NCBI GenBank assembly: GCA_963825135.1
Contig: CAWGRW010000009.1
Coordinates: 1,025,008 to 1,089,007 of the forward strand
DNA length: 64,000 nucleotides
Origin: an uncultured bacterium
GTDB lineage: Bacteria; Desulfobacterota_D; UBA1144; Nemesobacterales; UBA2774
Direction: 5' to 3'
Position 1 is the first letter of the stretch. Each line of letters starts with the position of its first letter. Made by a program: the position numbers and the translations under genes. The notes beneath the pieces were generated by a model. That model had not been told where the DNA came from. It made no database searches and saw only the letters and a program-made list of their open reading frames with translations. This document shows, piece after piece, positions 59,070 through 64,000 of this stretch.

Positions 59070-60095
59070 CTAGGAGACCTCCGGGAGCACCTTTTCCGTA
59101 AACAATTTCATAGACCTCATTGCCTCTTCATGGCTGATGCCCGGGAACTTGAATCGGCATATGAGGTTGTTCACGGGCAATTCTTCTCTGTATCGCACAA
59201 TCGCTTCGACGCACTCCTCGGGGGTGCCGATTATCGATTGCTCCCTCGCGATGTCGTAGAGCACCGGGTCGTTCGGGTCGGAAAGTAAATTCCCTTGACG
59301 GTCAACCATGGAGCCCCAGGACGCGTACCCTTTGGCGGTATAGGTGACGTTTTCTTTTATCTTTTCCCATATTTTGTCGCTCTTTTGATCGGATATGTAA
59401 ATTTCCCTGACCAGAGGCTTTTCAAATTCATCCGGATTCCTGCCGTACTCTTTGAGAAACGAGCTGTGCATGTCGAAGAGATATTTCACGATCGGTATTA
59501 TGCCTATCGCGGGCACAAAGAGCGGAGCCCCGATCCTCGCCGCTCTCCTGATGGCGGGTTCAGTAAAAGCGCCTATCCATATGGGTATCGGTTTCTGCAC
59601 GGGCTTGGGCGTAACGCTTATGTTCTCGAGATTGTGATACTTCCCTTTAAAATTAAACGGCTCCTCGCCCCAGCTCCTGTTCAATATCTCGATGCTCTCC
59701 TCCATGCGTCCCCTTCTTTCTCCGAGCGATCTCCCGAATCCAGCGAACTCCTCGGGCCGGTAGCCGAGCCCGATGCCGAGTATCAGCCTCCCCCCGGATA
59801 TTAGGTCGACGACAGCGGCGTCTTCCGCTACGCGCACCGGGTCGTGCAGCGGCATAAGGAGAACCCCGGTTCCAATGCGGATTCTTTGGGTCCTGGCGGC
59901 GATGGCAGCGGCGGTGACGAGAAGGGACGGACAATAGCCGTCCTTCAGGAAATGGTGCTCGGTGAGCCAGGCGGAATCGAAACCCATCTGATCGGCTGCG
60001 CTGATTTCGTCGAGCATCTCCGCATAGAGCTCCCTGTGGGGTCTCGGGTTAAACGGGGGTGATTGAAGACTGAAATATCCTATCCCGAATTTCAT
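59070..60095 (-). CDS. LLM-class flavin-dependent oxidoreductase (luciferase-like monooxygenase family)
   Basis: 341 aa. MKFGIGYF start, LTEHHF, and a TIM-barrel LLM pattern. Confidence 0.8.
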   Translation of the reverse strand: MKFGIGYFSLQSPPFNPRPHRELYAEMLDEISAADQMGFDSAWLTEHHFLKDGYCPSLLVTAAAIAARTQRIRIGTGVLLMPLHDPVRVAEDAAVVDLISGGRLILGIGLGYRPEEFAGFGRSLGERRGRMEESIEILNRSWGEEPFNFKGKYHNLENISVTPKPVQKPIPIWIGAFTEPAIRRAARIGAPLFVPAIGIIPIVKYLFDMHSSFLKEYGRNPDEFEKPLVREIYISDQKSDKIWEKIKENVTYTAKGYASWGSMVDRQGNLLSDPNDPVLYDIAREQSIIGTPEECVEAIVRYREELPVNNLICRFKFPGISHEEAMRSMKLFTEKVLPEVS

Positions 60096-60212
60096 AATGG
60101 TTCCTCCATCTTACATTCGCCTCTAAAAATTACGGCTCCGTCACAGCGGGCACAGACGATCCGGATTATTATAACCTGTATGGTTTTTAATTGGGAAGAT
60201 TAATAAGAAAAC

Positions 60213-60250
60213 GGCCGGAGCGGGCGCGATCCCGCTCCGGCCGTCAGTGA
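60213..60250 (-). terminator. Rho-independent terminator downstream of the Fe-S carrier gene
   Basis: cggccggagcgggcgcgatcccgctccggccg hairpin followed on the minus strand by ttttctt. Confidence 0.6.
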
Positions 60251-60266
60251 GCTCTCAAGTTCAGTC

Positions 60267-60590
60267 TTATGCGTTAAAGGATTGCCCGCAGCCGCAGGAC
60301 CCCTTTGCGTTCGGATTATTGATGGCAAATCCGGTTCCGTTGAGGCCGTCCTTATAATCGAGCACGGAGCCCTCCAGGTAAGGCAGGCTCAGTTCGTCGA
60401 TTGCGACTTTGACCCCGCCGTTTTCGAAAAGCTTGTCGGAATCCGCGGTCTCGTCGTCAAATCCCATTTCATACGAAAAACCCGAACATCCGCCCGGAAC
60501 CACCCTGACCCTCAACACGGCGTTCGGAATGTTCTCTTCCGATAACAGCTTCTTTATCTCTTCAGCAGCTTTTTCAGTTACGCTAAACAT
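60267..60590 (-). CDS. HesB/IscA/ErpA family iron-sulfur cluster insertion protein
   Basis: 107 aa. GGCSGF and C-terminal CGCGQSF cysteine ligands. Confidence 0.85.
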   Translation of the reverse strand: MFSVTEKAAEEIKKLLSEENIPNAVLRVRVVPGGCSGFSYEMGFDDETADSDKLFENGGVKVAIDELSLPYLEGSVLDYKDGLNGTGFAINNPNAKGSCGCGQSFNA

Positions 60591-60621
60591 TTATAACGGC
60601 CTCCCTGTATGAATTGAAGCA

Positions 60622-61113
60622 CTACTCTTCATTAGTATATGCATTCATAAACAAAATGGCAATTCCAAATAGCAGCACCGCGGAGTTGATTATAACGGAC
60701 CCGGTGTGGAGCTTGCTGAATTTATCATGTATTGCGGGATAGTTAGATGATTCCTCGGAGAGGCTCCTCATCTCCTCCCTTGCCTCGACCGCTTTCGGTC
60801 TCAATACCTGCCCCGCGTATAAAGCCAGGGCCAGCATGACCAGCAGAACGCCTAATTTAAGTCCGAACATTATACCCGGCTTATGCACATAAAAAATCCT
60901 GAGCATTATCGTGGTGAGGACTGCCGCCCCCCCGCATATATATGCGACGAGATAGTATTTCGGGAATATTTCGGATACTACGTTTCCCGCCGTCTCCTTC
61001 GGTAACACCTTGAAAATGCCGGGGGCGGCGAAGAACGAAAAGAAGAAGATGCTCCCTATCCAGAAGCTAACCGAGAGGCCATAAATAAATTTGAGCGCCG
61101 TCTGCATCGTCAT
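60622..61113 (-). CDS. Integral membrane protein (four-TM, DUF4149-like)
   Basis: 163 aa with four predicted TM helices. Overlaps the downstream gene by 4 bp. Confidence 0.45.
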   Translation of the reverse strand: MTMQTALKFIYGLSVSFWIGSIFFFSFFAAPGIFKVLPKETAGNVVSEIFPKYYLVAYICGGAAVLTTIMLRIFYVHKPGIMFGLKLGVLLVMLALALYAGQVLRPKAVEAREEMRSLSEESSNYPAIHDKFSKLHTGSVIINSAVLLFGIAILFMNAYTNEE

Positions 61114-61580
61114 TTGAAATTGCAGTTATGCATCGTAATCTTGCACTGTTCTTCCTCACTCTGGGAAAACGATCCCGTCATGGATTCATAGGTTCCCGTG
61201 ACGGTAAGGCTGCTTCCCTGAGGCGTATTGTCCAGTACGCTTTTGTATGTCGGGGGATTGCAATAACATTCCACTATCGGCCCGTGTTTCGTGATGATTT
61301 CCATGGTAAAGCTCCCTTCCGGGAAATCCGTGCATAGCAGCGGGATTTTCCTCACGCTTGAGACCTCAACCGTGGTCTTCACAGTCTTGTCTTGATAGAG
61401 GTCGTTTGCCGACATCGGATAATCCAGATACAGTTCGCAAATCTGGTCGAGAGAGACCGTTTTTGCCGTGTCGCCGTTCTGTGCCAAAGAGATTCTCCCG
61501 CCCGCGGTGATCAAGCAAAGCGTCAGCAGAAAAGCCGGTATAAATGCCGAATTTTTATAACTCATCATAACCCCTTTCAT
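61110..61580 (-). CDS. Secreted hypothetical protein
   Basis: 156 aa. Signal peptide (AFLLTLCLITAGGRISLA). I recognise no family. Confidence 0.4.
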   Translation of the reverse strand: MKGVMMSYKNSAFIPAFLLTLCLITAGGRISLAQNGDTAKTVSLDQICELYLDYPMSANDLYQDKTVKTTVEVSSVRKIPLLCTDFPEGSFTMEIITKHGPIVECYCNPPTYKSVLDNTPQGSSLTVTGTYESMTGSFSQSEEEQCKITMHNCNFK

Positions 61581-61718
61581 ATTTATAATTTATTCCCCCC
61601 TATCACCACACATAATTATAACACGCACTGAGAGGATTATAATAAAGCACAGCTGATTCACCGGGAAGATGCTCTTCAATGCCGGCACCGCCTGGTTTTC
61701 ACTTGATATGGATTAGCC

Positions 61719-62873
61719 TTGAGGTATAGTGTCAATTCAATGAAAAAAGATACGTATCTCATAATAGACACGAGCGAAGATAACGCGGACCTCTATTACA
61801 GGACCGGTTTTTTTGTTCCCGATCCGGTCATTTATGTAGAGCATCGGGGGAAGAAGATTCTCGTGTTGAGCGACCTCGAAATAGACAGGGGCAGGAACGA
61901 GGCTTCCGTAGATCGGGTCATCTCGCTGACCGAGTACCAGAAAAGATTGATTGCGGAAAAAGTCAAAAAAGTGAAGCTCCTCGACGTTGCGGATCTGGTC
62001 CTCAGGGATCTGAAAATTAAAAAGGTGACGGTACCCGGCAGATTTTCTGTAAAATACGCGGACGGGCTCAGGAACAGGGGTTACACAGTCATACCGCGAG
62101 ACGAAGAGCCGTTTTTTAAGGAGAGGCTCAGGAAGACGCCCCGTGAAGTCGTAATGATAAGCGGTTCCCTGAAAAAAACCGTAAAGGCCATGGATATGGC
62201 GATAAAAATGATCGCCTCTTCCGAGATCCGGAAGAGCAGGCTTTATTTGAACGGCGCTCTCCTTACTTCTGAAAGGGTAAAGGGGGAGATAAACGCCGAG
62301 CTCTCACGAATGGGGCTTACTGCGTCTCATACTATCGTCGCGTGCGGTGTACATTCGTCCATGCCGCATCACAGTGGCGAGGGCCCGATTTATTCCGACA
62401 AGCCGGTCGTCATCGATATCTTCCCCAGGTCGCAAACAAACGGGTACTTCGGCGATATGACACGGACCGTCGTCAGGGGTGAGCCTTCGCCTGAGCTGGT
62501 AAGAATGTATGACACGGTTCTCCGGGGTCAGAAGCTCGCGATCGGTATGATAAAAGCGGGCGTCAGGGTCAGAGATATACACTCGGCCGTGGTGGATTAT
62601 TTCAGAAGCCGCGGGTTCGAGACCGCAATGGCCGATGGAAAGATGCAGGGGTTTATACATTCGACCGGACATGGTCTCGGGCTTGAGATTCACGAGCCCC
62701 CACGGATCGGGCTCGGCGATGAGGTTCTCGAGGCGGGGAACGTGGTAACTGTGGAGCCCGGGCTATATTACGAGAAAACCGGCGGGGTCAGGATAGAAGA
62801 CGTCGTTGTCGTCGAGAAGAACGGATGTATTAATCTCACCAAGTACCCTAAAAAACTTATAGCGAACATGTAG
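61719..62873 (+). CDS. M24 family metallopeptidase (Xaa-Pro aminopeptidase / creatinase-like); the start is probably at 61740
   Basis: The C-terminal pita-bread domain has HSTGHGLGLEIHE and the metal ligands D..D..H..E..E. Confidence 0.8.
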   Translation: MRYSVNSMKKDTYLIIDTSEDNADLYYRTGFFVPDPVIYVEHRGKKILVLSDLEIDRGRNEASVDRVISLTEYQKRLIAEKVKKVKLLDVADLVLRDLKIKKVTVPGRFSVKYADGLRNRGYTVIPRDEEPFFKERLRKTPREVVMISGSLKKTVKAMDMAIKMIASSEIRKSRLYLNGALLTSERVKGEINAELSRMGLTASHTIVACGVHSSMPHHSGEGPIYSDKPVVIDIFPRSQTNGYFGDMTRTVVRGEPSPELVRMYDTVLRGQKLAIGMIKAGVRVRDIHSAVVDYFRSRGFETAMADGKMQGFIHSTGHGLGLEIHEPPRIGLGDEVLEAGNVVTVEPGLYYEKTGGVRIEDVVVVEKNGCINLTKYPKKLIANM

Positions 62874-62901
62874 CTCTTTCTTTTAAGCCGGCAAGTAAAA
62901 A

Positions 62902-63492
62902 CTATTCCCACCATATCTCGAACCTGCAAGATTCGGAGTTCTTATAACGGCAGCCGCTCTGAACGATTTCCGCTGAATTCGCCCCCGCCAGAGTGAGGCC
63001 CGCTTTGAACCACTCGGGTACCGCAAAGTTGCAGACGGCAACCCCGGAAGCCCTGTTCTCATCCGCAATTTCATCGAGATAGAGAACCGAAAAATTTTTT
63101 TCCTCGTCCAGCAGCTCAAGCTCCATCTGCCCGCTATCGAAATACCTGTTCCATAGCGACGGCGCGCTCTTAAGTATTACCGGCGGCGTTTTTAAATTCA
63201 CCAGAGTGTCCAGCATGGGGCCAAGGTCCTTTCTGGCTATGTATTCGGCGACCGGTATGACCGATAAAAAGTCCCCGTTCCCGTGCACGATGTCGTAGGT
63301 ATTGAGCAGGCGGTTCAGTAGCGGTGCCGGGTACCATTCCGTACTTATCAGACCGCTCTCCAATACTTCCGTATCGGAGTCGGGCAGATTATTTACAACC
63401 TTCCTCCATACGTCCATGCCGTGCGAGTTTATAATATATTCTTTCGCGTTGAATAAGATCGATCCTTTCGCATTGCCCGTTTTTTCAGTCAT
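62902..63492 (-). CDS. Hypothetical protein with a C-terminal V4R-like cysteine motif
   Basis: 196 aa. The C-terminus VCNFAVPEWFKAGLTLAGANSAEIVQSGCRYKNSESCRFEI resembles the 4-vinyl-reductase-type C...G...C...C.F pattern. Confidence 0.35.
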   Translation of the reverse strand: MTEKTGNAKGSILFNAKEYIINSHGMDVWRKVVNNLPDSDTEVLESGLISTEWYPAPLLNRLLNTYDIVHGNGDFLSVIPVAEYIARKDLGPMLDTLVNLKTPPVILKSAPSLWNRYFDSGQMELELLDEEKNFSVLYLDEIADENRASGVAVCNFAVPEWFKAGLTLAGANSAEIVQSGCRYKNSESCRFEIWWE

Positions 63493-63613
63493 ATTAAATT
63501 ATCGGTAATGATAAATAATAGTCTTCATGTATGCTCATCAGGTTGTTTAATTTTAGTGTTATCGCCGATCGTTAATTATTTCACTTTCAATTATGTACGA
63601 TAAAGGAGAGATT

Positions 63614-64000
63614 ATGAAGAAGTCTTTTGAGGACCTGGTAAATTTATCGATGCATTTGCGGGGCCCCGAGGGCTGCCCATGGGACAGGGAACAGACGCTC
63701 GAGACGTTAAAATCTTATATAATTGAAGAGGCTTACGAAGTAATACAGGCCATAGAGTCCGGGGATAAAGACGAGCTCGTCGAGGAGCTGGGCGACCTCT
63801 TTTACGAAGTCCTTTTTGCCTCGCAGATCGCGGAAGACAACGGGGATTTCGGCATAGATGACGTAATCGACAGGCTCCATAACAAACTCGTGAGGAGGCA
63901 CCCCCACGTGTTCGGCGAGGAGAAGGCGGCAAACGCCGAAGAGGCCGTAAAGAGATGGCACTCCCAGAAGCTCAAGGAGAAATCAAGGAAGAGGAGGCTC
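63614..64000 (+). CDS. mazG: Nucleoside triphosphate pyrophosphohydrolase MazG, partial (runs off the right edge); not in the ORF track
   Basis: ATG at 63614 with a GGAGAG RBS. EEAYEVIQAIESGD...ELGDLFYEV is the MazG EExxE/DxxE motif pattern. Confidence 0.75.
   Translation, partial: MKKSFEDLVNLSMHLRGPEGCPWDREQTLETLKSYIIEEAYEVIQAIESGDKDELVEELGDLFYEVLFASQIAEDNGDFGIDDVIDRLHNKLVRRHPHVFGEEKAANAEEAVKRWHSQKLKEKSRKRRL

Noticed and set aside
1-64000. CRISPR arrays, integrase, transposase or toxin-antitoxin genes
   Set aside because: I looked for spaced direct repeats, tyrosine or serine recombinase motifs, DDE transposase motifs and small paired ORFs. None was found in any frame.

Overview
This 64-kb window reads as bacterial chromosome at roughly 52-54% GC, probably from a Gram-negative organism: it carries an outer-membrane porin, an RND efflux pump and an MCE/MlaD protein. 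It appears to span the replication origin, with dnaA and dnaN flanked by DnaA boxes and an AT-rich stretch. Most of the window is ordinary housekeeping and envelope genes. These include queF, hisH and hisB, ybeY, thiL, pheA, purH, an murQ-anmK-nagZ murein-recycling cluster, ferritin, a PhoR/PhoB-like two-component pair with a phosphate-selective porin, a comFC-gspL/M/N-like secretion cluster, and tRNA-Gln and tRNA-Gly genes.

The most unusual stretch lies just downstream of comM, at about 17.0-21.2 kb. The last ~40 bp of comM recur twice more as diverged copies. Between and after the copies sit a minimal K+ channel gene, a frameshifted glycosyltransferase-like gene, a duplicated 5' fragment of an alpha/beta-hydrolase gene, and that hydrolase gene itself broken by three frameshifts. 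I read this as a decaying mosaic of integrated DNA at a comM 3'-end insertion hotspot. I see no integrase or transposase anywhere in the window.

Other observations worth a second look:
- the RND transporter gene is frameshifted
- a membrane-anchored cytochrome c'-like protein
- a protein with an IPTL-CTERM-type sorting signal
- a UDP-galactopyranose-mutase-like flavoenzyme whose C-terminal membrane domain is homologous to the adjacent small protein
- an AccA-AccD carboxyltransferase fused in alpha-then-beta order
- an orphan NuoI-like ferredoxin
- a sodium:solute symporter embedded in the MurNAc recycling cluster

I found no CRISPR array, no recognizable defence genes and no intact mobile-element machinery.
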